In this document: positions 49,716 to 60,675 of the stretch, in pieces
Position numbering within the stretch: position 1 is the stretch's first letter
How the letters are laid out: each line of letters starts with the position of its first letter
DNA from: Octopus sinensis
Lineage: Eukaryota
NCBI RefSeq assembly: GCF_006345805.1
Contig: NC_042997.1
Span: 53,320,001 to 53,384,000, forward strand
Reading direction: 5' to 3'
DNA: 64,000 nucleotides
Notes under the pieces: generated by a model
What the model was told of the DNA's origin: nothing
Databases searched by the model: none
What the model saw: the letters and a program-made list of their open reading frames with translations, nothing else
Made by a program: the position numbers and the translations under genes

Positions 49716-52700
49716 AAATACACTTTAATTGAAATAAAGTTTCCCCAAAATTAAACATCTAATATAATAAATGCAAAAGCTAATTTCTGTGTGTCAGTGT
49801 GTCACACTTAGACCCCCCTCTCTCACTATTCAATGACACTCCTACTATTCCTCATGATGGGATGAGAGTAATAGCAGGCATAGAAATGGTGAGGGTGGTG
49901 GCAAAGACAGATAGAGAAGAGGGAGATGATGTACAACTGTGTTTAATCATGTCTCTTTGACAGAAATTCCTGTCACCAACATACTGAACACTATCACTTT
50001 TGCTTTAATACATACATACATATATATATATAAAATACACTTTAATTGAAATAAAGTTTCCCAAAAATGAAACATATCTAATATAATAAATGTGAATGTC
50101 AGTGTCACACTTTTTCAACTTTAATAAATCATTTATACTGGAAGCACAAGGCCTCAAATTATAGGGGAAGGGATTAAGTCAATTACATCGACCCCACTAT
50201 GTAACTGGTACTAATTTTATCTACCCTGAAAGGATGAAAGGCAAAGTCGACCTCAGCGGAATTTGAACTCAATACCTAATGGCAGACGAAATACTGATAA
50301 GCATTTCACCTGGCATGCTAATGATTGTGCCAGCTCGCCACCTTAAATACAATATAATAATATAATAAATGTGAATGTCAGAGTGTCACACTTTTTCAGC
50401 TTTATTCCTAGAGGCTGTAGTCCAACATATACCATTTTGGAATCAGGCTGACTGTGAGTAAATTGGAAACATTCTGGGTTGAATCCGGACCCACAATCCT
50501 GAAATTTGGATTCCCAAGTTTTCATTACTGTGATTATTTTCAGTGATTTTTTACGTGACTTTTTGTGACAAACTTTTTTGTATGAGAACAATTTTTATAA
50601 TCTAAAGGCTAACTCCATGAATAAATTAAAAACATTGTGGGCTGAATCCAGACTTGCAATCCTGAAATTTTGGATTCCTATGTTTGCATTACTGCAACTG
50701 TTTTCAGCGATTATTTTACATGATTTTTAGCAATGAATATGATCATCATTGGGATATAAATCTGGAGGAAGCAATTGCAACAAATTCTCCAAAACAAGTC
50801 AGAGATCTGTTTCCAGATCTTCCCATTTGAAGTCAGTTGCTTAAAAGCTTGTACACACACACACACACATATATATATATGACAACCTGCTATAAAGTTT
50901 CTGTCTGCTAAATTCTAATATCAAGATGAAGGTCATGATGGTAGACATTTGCCCAAAGTGGTTTGCAGAGAGATCAAGCCAGTATATAAACACACACAGA
51001 GATATACATACACTATCGGCTTTCACACAGTTTATGTCTGATAAATTCTTCTCACAAGAAGTGAATAGAGTTTATAAGCCCAATGTCTTCTACTGTGATT
51101 ACAGTAGAAGACACTTGAATTAGATGCTGCATAAAAGTGAGATGGAACTCAGAATCATGTGCTTGTGAAACAAAAATCTTAAGATGAAATTGATTTACTA
51201 ATGAAACAAAATTTACACTTAGCAAGAATAATTTGACTAATTTTATAATATACAAAAAGCAAAAGATAAAACAATGAAGTAATTAGTTTAATAAAATACA
51301 GTGATTTTACGAAAGCAAATGTTTATGTTAGTTTTAAGAAAAACTTATAGTTTAGTACTGTATAAATAAGAATGATGTAACAAATCCAGTATGATATTGA
51401 AAGATAATTAATTTAGATAAGTATATACTTAATAACTGAGGTTATTACAAGTAAATTTAACTGTCTATTCATTTTCCCCTGGTTACTGTAGAACAAAAGT
51501 GTATTCAACTGTTAAGGTATAAAATATAATTTGTAATTATTTAATCAAAAATATTTTGAAATGTTTTACTTATGTTTTTGAATTTTTAGCTTAATTTGAA
51601 CAGCTTTACAAATATCAGTTTAACAGCTATATGACTAGATCTTCTCAGCCCTAATCCTTAATCCATGAGGAGCAAGTGGTGAGAAGAAAATGTACCGATG
51701 AGTCAGGTTGATCTACAAGTTTTTAAAAATTCAGACAAAATATTCCCTCCATCCCAAAAAATGTATTTACAAAAATTTTGGCAACAAAAAAATGCATGCT
51801 TACCACCCATTACTGGAATCAGGACAATGGGGTGTAGACATTTGCAAACTGGAATTACAAGATTTTTCATAACCCCAACATCGCTTTGAGTCCAAATGCT
51901 TGTTGCAAATATTAAAACAAAACAATGTTTTTAAAATTTAAACAAAAAAATTTAAGAGCCATATTATATAAACTTAAAAACAAACACTATATATAAAAAT
52001 AACAAGAAATGTGAAATTTCTTAATAAAATACATATACTTGAAAACAAATGTCACTGCAGGTGGAAGAAAGTAGTCTGATGCAGAGTTGGCTAATATAAG
52101 CAGTGTAGAGAGGGCAAAGATGATACATAAATAGAGGTTTACTGTACATGTGTGGTAGTCAACTATTGAAATAGAAAAATATAGTCTCACAAACAGCTGT
52201 TATGCCCAAACTAAATAAACCAGCCCAAAAATGTAACAGTCTTACACTGGTATATGTGCTGCAGTTTTAGCAGAAGACTTTATTCAAATTTTATCTTTTA
52301 TTTCAATGAAAGTGCTGGTTCACATGTTGTGTACCTTGAGATTTGTACAGATGAAAAAAGGGTCTCATAAAATTGTGCTGCACCTTTTCCTTTTCTCAAA
52401 TAGCAATTTTCAATGAAATTAAGGATATACAATTAGTGAGATTCGTTTAACCTTTTAACATTTAAACTGGCTATATTCAGCCAATATATGCTACTTGTTT
52501 TATATTAAAACTGTCAGATCTGGCCCCTTACATTTACCCTACAATGTCATTCTAAAAAATAAACAATCACGTCATCAAAATCCCAAAGCTACAAGATGAT
52601 TGCCAAATGTTGATTAATCTATCCTAATGAAGATAGGAATATTTGAATGAGATTGTTCATTGTTTTCATTTAGTTCTTGTAAATGAAAACAGCATGGAGA

Positions 52701-55700
52701 AAAGTTGCCATGTGGCACCTTCGACAAGTATCTTCTACTATATCCCCATGCTGATCAAAGTCTTGTGAATGGATTTGATAGACAGAAACTGAAAGCAGCC
52801 TGTCATATACATGTATGTATGTCTATGTGTTTGTGTTTCCCTGCCTTGACATCATGCAATAGCTGTAAGCATGTATCATCATCATACAAGCCATGTCTTT
52901 CATTTTCAGTCTTCTGAGACATGTCTAGCCATGGGAAAATATTATCTTCCTTGGAAACAGGTGAAGATTGGTGGCAGGAAGAGCATCATTGCTAGACCAT
53001 TATTTGGTCGACCAAATATTGCAGGTTAGCTAACATTCTCTAGCATAGCAAGTAAGGCAAAAAATTACAAACATTCCTGGTTGACAAGACTTCATCAAAA
53101 GTATAATCTTTGATATTGCTTACTGGCTATTGTAATAAATGGTCCTTTATAGAGAACTGAATGTTATGTTTTATTCTAGAGCTTTCTAAGGTCTTGTCTT
53201 GTACTGTCCTATGGTGGAAGTTGTCCTAAATTGTGTGTAAACAAATTTGAAATAGTTGTTTATCTGCTTCCTAATATTCTAAATAACATATTTGTTTATC
53301 CAACATGAATTAACATTTTCTAAACCTACAGAAAGTTATCTACACACAATTTCAGTACTATTCCCAACTTAGAAAATTAAAAATTATGTCTTCTTTAGCT
53401 TTCAGTTAGGATATATAATATTTATGAGTGGGTACTGAAAAGTTCCTTGTTTTGGGCAAAAGAAAATTCAAGAGTATCAAATTAATTATGATTTTATTCA
53501 ACATAATCCCCTCTCAGAGTCACATGCTTATTGTAGTGGTCCTTCGGTTTTTGTAAGCCCCGTAGAAGAACTTGGAAGGTTGAGCCTCCAACCAGGCCTT
53601 TTGTGATACGCTTAAAGCCGGGAACTTTGCAGCACTCCCTTGTATATGAAAAACAATGTAAAAATTTCCATTATATTAACATACCCAGAATATACTAGTA
53701 TTGGTTTCAGTTAAAGCAGTTAGTTTTGGTTTTGAAAATAGTGTTTTCTTCCTAACTTTCAGCAGGTTTCCATAAAGACATTCACATAAAGTCGGATGTA
53801 GAGGGTTTGTTGGACACAGCGTGAGACGACTGTTGTTATCACTAGGCCTAACTCATCGTAAAGTCAATACCACCATGACCGATATCCAATCTACAGTGGA
53901 GAAGGCTAGCCACTGGATTTGGTTAAAAAGAGACGATGAGCGATGGCTAGAAGTATATTCAGTTCTTCATAACCAGCTGATCTAGCAAGCAGGGCCTCAT
54001 ATCAGTGAGGGGGGGGCCAGTGCGCATTGATGCCGTCGAGAGTTAGGCCCCGGAACGGCGCGCATTCTCTCCTGATGACCCCATACACTTGCTAGCTTCC
54101 GGTATATGGAGCTTTTAACTGGTAGCACTTGCATGTGCAAGTTGTTTGCAAGACATGTTGCTGCCATTTTACATTTAGGGCCAGTTTCTTTCAAATGGGA
54201 TATGAACATTTGTGTTATATATAGTATGTGCAATGTATTTTATTGTTGGTTAGCCTTTTGAATGGGTGTATTTATGGTATTCAAACTAGTGAGAAAATGG
54301 CAATAGTTAAGTGATATGATACTAGCCGCTATTTGTAATGCTTAACAATAATATAGAATATACATGGTACATTAATCCATTCAAGAATACCATTACTTTG
54401 TTTTTAGAATCGGCCTAATTAATCATCTCAAATTACAGTCATTAATTTAGATACACTTAATTTTTCATTAATGACTATTTCATTAACAACATAGTTTTAA
54501 GCACTTTTAAATTGTAATCATGAAAAAATCTTTTACCAAGTTGGTAATTTCATTTAGTGATTCTGTGAAGCAAAATTTGCCAGCAAAGTTATAAAACATA
54601 AAAAATCAAACAAATTTACAGTTTCTCCATGACCTCTTACTTTACACTGCTCACTATTTTGAAAGGTTTAACCTATTATCATGCAAATTATACCCTCACA
54701 ATTCTAAATGCAAAAGTCACAGCAAATATTTTAGTAGCTAGTAATATATATATATATATATATATTAGTTTTGGAGTGGTACTTGTTTGGCAAGTGACTA
54801 ATTTTTCTTATTATTATCATTTATTGTTTTTAGAATTTTGTTTTCCAGTATAAGTCAAAAACATACTTATCTACTCTAAAATTGTTTAAAATTAAAAAAA
54901 AAATTTTACCAAGCGGATTACTTTGTGACTATGCCTGCATAATGACGAGAGAGGACAAAAATCTGTTCATTGAACAAAAAATACCTTGTGGTATTTCATT
55001 CCTTACAAGTTCATCCCTTTATACCCAGGTTGGCCTTGCTATATATCCCTTTTGGTGTTAATAGAATAAGTACCAGAAACAGTATGGAGGTAGATATAAT
55101 CAACTAAATACCCCAAAGCAGTTACCATAGCATTGCTGCAGTTCAGTGACTGAAACCAGTAAAAGAAATATCCGCAACATAAAACTAATTTGAAAGCATT
55201 TGACAATGATGTTTCCTTTTCTGAACTAAAATAAATAGAAAAGATATTGATGCCATCTGTCCTTAAGTACAAAACAAAACAAAAAGAATATAAAAGAGAA
55301 AATGAAAATGTCATTTGTCCTATAATATTTCTAGAGGAAGAAATTGGATTAATTTCAAAACATGAAATTAATATTACATTTTAATGTCATTGAAAGAAGC
55401 AAAGCTTATACCATGATAAAACATACAAGAGCTTTATGAAAGTCAGTTGTAGGAATTAATATCTAAGGTACAATTTCCTCAGATTTGTAGAGCACAAAGA
55501 TTGTTTGTGATACTTATGTTTTACCAAAAGTATTGGCCATGTAAAATAAAGTGTCAACAACCAAATGTTTGAAACAGGTTTGCAAAGAGAGTTTACAGGA
55601 AATTATAGCAATAAATGTACAAAAATCATGAATTAATAAGTTCTCATTTTCAATATACATACCTTTTTGTACGGACACTTGTCATCAGTTTTACATTTCT

Positions 55701-55821
55701 TTTTTAAATGTGGATTGTTATAAAAGAAATAAGGGACATGTTCTTCATGTAATACAAGATCTTGCCATAAATCTTCAGCAACAACTGTTGTTACCAAAAG
55801 AATGAACAGTCCATACATCAT
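22146..55821 (-). CDS. EOGT: EGF domain-specific O-GlcNAc transferase (GT61), 16 coding exons, 1554 nt / 517 aa
   Basis: All exons join in phase with GT-AG sites; signal peptide, [15 protein letters not shown]-like motif, [37 protein letters not shown]-terminal KTEL; recognised from recalled vertebrate EOGT sequence. Confidence 0.97.
22446..24135 (+). mobile_element. 5'-truncated RTE-clade LINE (RT remnant with embedded PHD finger, tandem-repeat 3' UTR, (GAT)n tail)
   Basis: [20 protein letters not shown]4HC3 finger, [27 protein letters not shown] motifs; stops and frameshifts. Confidence 0.9.
24457..24559 (-). CDS. EOGT: EOGT coding exon 15
   Basis: [25 protein letters not shown]...EDE. 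Confidence 0.96.
24684..25091 (-). mobile_element. SINE family A, full length
   Basis: Reverse complement of the 43578 copy. Confidence 0.9.
25465..26439 (-). mobile_element. Decayed mariner element
   Basis: Degenerate tattgg...caa termini; minus-strand [20 protein letters not shown] and [18 protein letters not shown] motifs. Confidence 0.75.
27430..27521 (-). CDS. EOGT: EOGT coding exon 14
   Basis: [30 protein letters not shown](L). Confidence 0.97.
27714..28277 (+). repeat. Identical 182-bp direct duplication (27714-27895 = 28096-28277)
   Basis: No mismatch found by eye. Confidence 0.9.
28650..29072 (+). mobile_element. RTE-related 3' end with ~62-bp tandem units and (GAT)n tail
   Basis: Shared with 23755-24135; reverse copies at ~25205-25400, 37489-37815, 39345-39840, 57910-58095, 59377-59650. 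Confidence 0.85.
29370..29995 (-). mobile_element. Penelope-like element 3' fragment: GIY-YIG endonuclease remnant plus pLTR with degenerate hammerhead
   Basis: [16 protein letters not shown]...EH...HSLQHL...[17 protein letters not shown] (C-x2-C plus His residues typical of the PLE GIY-YIG domain); CTGTTGAaGAGC..GCTCAAAAC at 29454-29481. Confidence 0.85.
30895..30922 (-). CDS. EOGT: EOGT coding exon 13 (28-nt microexon)
   Basis: tttcatttcag|A AAA ATG TCA TTT TAT GAC CAA CTA AGA|gtaagc = (R)KMSFYDQLR; required to restore phase 2->0. Confidence 0.92.
31384..31738. mobile_element. ~355-bp foldback/palindromic MITE with TA flanks
   Basis: Arms 31384-~31545 and ~31570-31738 are imperfect reverse complements. 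Confidence 0.8.
32366..32427 (-). CDS. EOGT: EOGT coding exon 12
   Basis: [20 protein letters not shown](R). Confidence 0.95.
32695..33090 (-). mobile_element. RTE LINE fragment (PHD/RT C-terminal region)
   Basis: Reverse-complement match to 22875-23270; further decayed copies ~40730-41390 and ~56100-56540. Confidence 0.85.
33353..33421 (-). CDS. EOGT: EOGT coding exon 11
   Basis: [23 protein letters not shown]; 101-bp intron upstream. Confidence 0.95.
33523..33609 (-). CDS. EOGT: EOGT coding exon 10
   Basis: [29 protein letters not shown]. Confidence 0.95.
33716..33858. repeat. ~70-bp tandem duplication
   Basis: aaaatttttgtggg...cagtgtctttcaataaacttag twice. Confidence 0.85.
34352..34650 (+). 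mobile_element. 5' fragment of a mariner element
   Basis: tattgggttg TIR start; [39 protein letters not shown] mariner N-terminal HTH. Confidence 0.8.
34934..35005 (-). CDS. EOGT: EOGT coding exon 9
   Basis: [24 protein letters not shown]. Confidence 0.95.
36500..36718. mobile_element. TTAA-flanked piggyBac-like MITE family 1
   Basis: TTAA|CCCTTTCGTTAC...GTAATGAAAGGG|TTAA; reverse-oriented copy at 44372. Confidence 0.9.
37943..38035 (-). CDS. EOGT: EOGT coding exon 8
   Basis: [31 protein letters not shown]. Confidence 0.95.
39124..39227 (-). CDS. EOGT: EOGT coding exon 7
   Basis: [35 protein letters not shown]. Confidence 0.97.
43166..43272 (-). CDS. EOGT: EOGT coding exon 6
   Basis: FAELENY...[16 protein letters not shown]. 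Confidence 0.95.
43578..43945 (+). mobile_element. SINE family A, near full length
   Basis: A-box TGGCTGTGTGG, B-box GGTTCAGTCCC, tail gtaaaagagta. Confidence 0.9.
44137..45365 (+). mobile_element. Internally deleted mariner (DD34D) element with nested MITE
   Basis: TA TSDs; ~32-bp TIRs (caaggttgtatcaagaagttcccagactagtt); QAYGNEAM and LHENN...[16 protein letters not shown] motifs. Confidence 0.9.
44372..44592. mobile_element. TTAA-flanked piggyBac-like MITE family 1 nested in the mariner transposase
   Basis: TTAA at 44368-71 and 44593-96; CCCTTTC termini. Confidence 0.9.
45758..45862 (-). CDS. EOGT: EOGT coding exon 5
   Basis: [15 protein letters not shown]...HKSPLQSW. Confidence 0.95.
46777..46877 (-). 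CDS. EOGT: EOGT coding exon 4
   Basis: [25 protein letters not shown]... Confidence 0.95.
47312..47696 (-). mobile_element. SINE family A
   Basis: Reverse complement of the family consensus. Confidence 0.9.
49129..49237 (-). CDS. EOGT: EOGT coding exon 3
   Basis: [27 protein letters not shown]... Confidence 0.95.
49472..50410 (+). repeat. Head-to-tail ~290-320-bp units each starting TCTAATATAATAAATG (Helitron-like 5' ends)
   Basis: Unit starts ~49472, 49758, 50077 and a partial one at ~50360; shared end taaaatacactttaattgaaataaagtttccc. Confidence 0.75.
51804..51898 (-). CDS. EOGT: EOGT coding exon 2
   Basis: [14 protein letters not shown]...NGW; aag acceptor, gtaagc donor. Confidence 0.93.
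53425..53642. mobile_element. Mariner-derived MITE
   Basis: TA flanks; degenerate TIRs gagtgggtactgaaaagttcc / ggaactttgcagcactcccttg. Confidence 0.65.
53791..54125 (+). mobile_element. 3' end of a HERO-type (R2 group, RLE) non-LTR retrotransposon; 3' limit approximate
   Basis: Open frame 53791-53985 [19 protein letters not shown]...[17 protein letters not shown]...*, matching the recalled HERO C-terminus; GC-rich structured 3' UTR. Confidence 0.8.
53982..54095 (+). ncRNA. Permuted, pseudoknotted hammerhead-like RNA structure in the HERO 3' UTR
   Basis: GCCG-TC, GGAA-CGGC and CTCTC-CTGATGA core strands, with stems I and III correctly abutting the core, plus additional helices. Confidence 0.6.
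55663..55821 (-). CDS. EOGT: EOGT coding exon 1
   Basis: [15 protein letters not shown]...[11 protein letters not shown]...CPYKK|gtatgt; acceptor cttacag places the exon start at 55835. Confidence 0.95.
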
Positions 55822-58800
55822 CTTTCTTATAACAGCTGTAAGTTTGAAAGAAAAAGAACAATTTTTATTCAAAATATTAACTCCTGGTTGTATGATTTCA
55901 ACTTGAAAAGAATCCTGAAAGTAACAATTCATCTGATCACAATAAAAATTCCATCAACTGAAATAGTAAATATCTGAAAGAATACATTTCTGAAAAAAAT
56001 CATCAACATCTCTATCATCTTAATTACCATTAATTTAACATCCATTTTACCATAACAACTTGAATTAGGCAGAATCAACCCCAGTTCATCTTTTGTTTTG
56101 ATTCTGTATCATCTCTTTCTGATCCTTAGATTTAACCTTACCACAATTTATTATGCATTTTGTTAGTGTTTTTTTTGTTTTTTTTTTACTTTTCTGTCAT
56201 AGGTACCCTCACTATCTGCATTGTTGGCACATTATTCACATGGAATTCATTATTTACATCACATGACCACAGTTGATTATGTGTCTCTTCTTCACACTTC
56301 ACTTTATTCTTTTAATGACCAGCTAGTATCTCAACACACTTGCATTCTGTAGTTCATGAAAGTTAATTTTGTACACCCAAACTATCACATTCTCTGCATT
56401 TCTCTCCTCAGATTTTCCTCTCTCAATATCTGTTTCCTCACCAAGTAGTATCATGCATCTTATACATGCTTCCCACAGTCTGCTCTTCATGCATAGAAAG
56501 AAACTATTTTGTTGTAGATAGAGCTAAAAGATCATCTGATGAACTTGTTTTTACGTAGTGAGGAAGCGACAGCTTAGCTTCCTATTTGAGTTACCTTCTG
56601 CATTTAGAAATGGGTTCATGAGAAAACAATACAACTTTAATTAACCAATGCTATCTACAATCAGGTCAACACTGTTATTTAATGGTCAATTTATGACAAA
56701 AGTTTTATGTCCTATTTTCATACTTATTACTGTTGTACATATTTAAACTATTTTTCTTGACAATGTCTTTCCTCAGGCTAAACATGTGATATAAGGAAGA
56801 AAGAAACAACTAGGGTATATTATCAGCCTTAAAGGCACAATGTGTGTAGACAATATGGAAACATATTAAAATGGAGCCATTCAAATTAAAATTCCAAGAT
56901 GGATTTAACAATACGTTTTCTAGTTTTCATATAGATTAGAATTCTAGTATAAGTTTTCACTGTTTCTCATCAGCAATAATTCAAATAAGAAAAGAATAAG
57001 CATGCTGATCTGATTACAAACAGCATTATTTAAGATCCAGAAGGCCATTTATGTTATTGTTATATGCATTGGTAAAACATTTGTAAGAAAACAACTGAAC
57101 CCGGTTATCTGGTTGACTTGTTGAGTGTTATGTAAATAAATTGTAAATATGCAAATACCAAAGATAATATCTTAAGCATTCCCACCATTAGAACATGTTC
57201 TACAGACAATTGTTAGTGTCTCTATAGAAAAATTCCTAAAAACCATGACTGAATAATAAAAAAATTACAATTTACCACATAAAAAATAACCCTATATATA
57301 TGCTTTGAAGAAAAAAAATCATGACTCAGGCAATATTACTAACAAGTCTGCCATACATTTTCATTTGTAACACCTGAAATTTTAAATGGCTATTGTCCAA
57401 GAAGATTTTAACTAGGATATGCTGAAAGACAGAAATGTTAGAGCTGAAACTGTTTTGATCCAAATTAAACATTTACTTTGTTGTGAACATAATTTTAAAA
57501 AAATGGATTAGTTCATAAACCGTTTGTACAGTCTCTGGCAAAAATCTTTGATAACACCACCCTTAGAAGATTTTTACCTAGCTTTTCCTTTCATAGCAAA
57601 TAAACAAAAGTGACAGCCATTTTGTTATTACATTCTTCTTGAAGTACACTGCTTCTATTTCAGTTACTTTTCAAAATAATGAAAAGTTTAGTAAAATAAT
57701 TTTTTCTAATTAATCTGGTATTGGAAACCAAAATTAACATGGAATTTTGATGAAAGATTTTAATTACATAAAAGCAAGAAGTTGATCATGGCTGGTCTCA
57801 AGCAGGTTGGTATCAAGATTGATAGCTGAATATTCTGATTTCATGAAATTGCTCTCAAACAAATTACAGTAAATTATTGTGATAAATGGTATATTTTCTT
57901 CAGAAAAATAATCATCATCATCATCATTGTTTAACGTCTGCTTTCCATGGGTTGGACGATTTGACTGAGGGCTGGTGAACCAGATGGCTGCACCAGGCTC
58001 CAATATTGATCTGGCAAAGTTTCTACAGCTGGATGCCCTTCCTAATGTCAACCACTCTGAGAGTGTAGTGGGTGCTTTTACGTGCCACTTGCACGGGGGG
58101 GGGGGAAACAATCAAAGAAAAATTCATATAAACAGAAACTTCACAGGCAGTACTTTTGTTCCTCCTCGAACTTATAAAAGTCTAAATTCTTTTCTGTGAG
58201 TTACGGTCTCTACTTATGTAAAGTGATTTTCCCCATCAAGCTGGCTCAAACTTGCTCAAATAATGGTCTGTTGATCAATTTTTAGGTTGGATTTATGTCA
58301 AGGATTGTTTTAAAAAAATTTCTACCATAAATTTAACCAGATTTGTTAATGTTGTTGTGTACCTATGACTTTCAGAAAGAAAAGTTTGAAAACTTTTTCT
58401 ATGGCAAGGTGATATATCATGGTGGAAAACAACTCTTATCACAATTTACTACAGAAGCAAAGAGAAAAGTGTCAAATTTCATTGTACACCAATGCATTGA
58501 TTATTTGGGGTAACAAACACCATCTGCCTGGGTCCTTTACCTGAAATGCAACTGCTTATCATAAACGAATAAAGAAATCTGTTTTCTTTAAGCAGTCATC
58601 TCTATATGTTTCATTAGAACAGTACCAAAAAAAAGTTCCAACATTGTTCTTTGGATACTGCAGATTTATAATTCATCATGCTAATATCCCTTTCATTCAA
58701 TCATCCATATTCCATGATTGCTTTCCTTTAGCCAACTGCAACCATTTTTTTAATACCCATTTAAGTGTTATGGTAGGTTTTTGTTTGGTTTTTCTGTATG

Positions 58801-59933
58801 TAAATATCATTTCATATTTTCATTTTGTTGGTTTCTTACATTCCTGTAACAAACATCAAATCCTGATATTTTTTGTTTTTGTGCATTTTCTATTTTCAGG
58901 GCATTCTGCTTTGAATTTTCTGCCCTGTCAACCAAAATATTTTCCCTTTATAACTTTCACATTTTGTTAATAGCAGTCCAGAAACAACCAACATTTGCCA
59001 CACTCTGGGTTGTATTTCCTTCTTGAAGGATTTTTCCATTCCTTTCTATCTAGGCTGCAAAGTTAGTACACAAAAGCTTTGACTAACTCCTCAGTTATGA
59101 TATCACCACTCCTTTATTTGTGATTAGACTAATGCATTTCTTATATTGACAGCATATAATACACTTGGACAGTGTGACTCCTCAAGTATTTGTTTAGTAT
59201 CATAACTTATCTAAAGTTTGGGTTTAAAGGCTGCAACTGTGCAGTTGTGGATTTTCTAAATCATCTATTTAAAGAAGTTGCAAACAATTAAGCATAAAAC
59301 TTTTAAAAAATCAAACAGGATGTTTTTATCAAAAGGATATAAAGTAAGAAGATATGAAAGAAATAAACTATAAAAATCATCATCATCATCATTTAACGTC
59401 CGTTCTCCATGCTAGCATGGGTTGGACGGTTCGACCGGGGATCTGGGAAGCCAGAAGGCTGCACCAGGCTCCGGTCTTATCTGGCAATGTTTCTACAGCT
59501 GGATGCCCTTCCTAACACCAACCACTCCGTGAGTGTAGTGGGTGCTTTTTACGTACGACCTGCACTAGTGCCAGGCGAAGCTGGCATCGGCCACAGTCGG
59601 ATTGGTGCATTTTACGTGCCACCTGCACGGAAGCCAGTCGAGGCGGCACTAAAAAATTGGAAACACCTAAAGCAATTCGACAAATTGATATTTAAAAGAA
59701 ATAAACTCAATTAGATACATAATGCTTCCTTTTCAAGATTTAAGTATTGTTTTGAATGGAAATTTTACATGAATGTAACATGAAAGATTACATTAAATGA
59801 AACAAAATTATATTGTAAAAAATTAAGAAGTTTATCCTTTCAAAATATTTTAAACAAATATTGCAGCTATAGAATAAGGGTTAAATCATAAATAAAAATT
59901 CCCAATTTACTAATGTCTTGTAAACAAAATTAC

Positions 59934-60006
59934 TTCTCCCAGATCCTCCTTCATAAAACCATATATATCTGATTTAACTGCTTTCAGTGCAGAAAACAGT
60001 CATTAC
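59934..60006 (-). other. Candidate EOGT 5'-UTR exon
   Basis: tctttgtttcacag acceptor and gtaatt donor upstream of the ATG exon; no coding homology recognised. Confidence 0.3.
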
Positions 60007-60609
60007 CTGTGAAACAAAGAATTTTAACACATTATTGCAATTTGCATTTAAACAAATTTGGAATAAGTATATTTTACTGACTAACTCCAGCACACAATAC
60101 ATGCTTCTGATTTTGACTCTACAGCCCTGTGTAGAATTGTTTCAGTTTTTTGGTTGACAACTATCTTGTTGGGGGCTAGATTTCCTTTCAATTACCTAAG
60201 CCCCCAAACTCTTTTAACTGCAAGTACTTACTTTTCACTGCTGACTAATTTGCAGTTTTAAACTTGCACCAGTATTTGTTGCAGACACGCAAATTACAAG
60301 TGAAAAAGCTGGGTGAACAGTCTCAAAATGTGTTGATTACATAATTTTTACCATGACTCGTGTACTGATGATAAAATGTCACTTTGTCATTTACTAGCTG
60401 AAGTTAATTGAAAGACTTAAAAATTTTGAAGGGTGTTTAACTTAATAATCAATTGTGAATAAAAGGATTAATTTTTATGCTAATTACTCCATGAATGATA
60501 GAGTTTCATAAAATTGATGCTAGCTTCAGTTGTAGTAGTGTTAAATAAATGTAAGACAAATCAAAATTACTTCTCTCAGAAATGCTTAGTACCTATTCTC
60601 CAGCCTCAT

Positions 60610-60675
60610 AAAGTGAGGTATAGTAAAATCAGCAAAGTGAGGTATAGTGAAGTCAGCAAAGTGAGGTATAGTAAG
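60610..60675. repeat. 24-bp minisatellite (~2.7 copies)
   Basis: aaagtgaggtatagt(a/g)aa(a/g)tcagc repeated. Confidence 0.85.

Noticed and set aside
58500-59270. Possible decayed pogo/psq-HTH transposase on the minus strand
   Set aside because: Only a faint resemblance (KQSWNMDD..MNYKSA) with many stops; insufficient to call.
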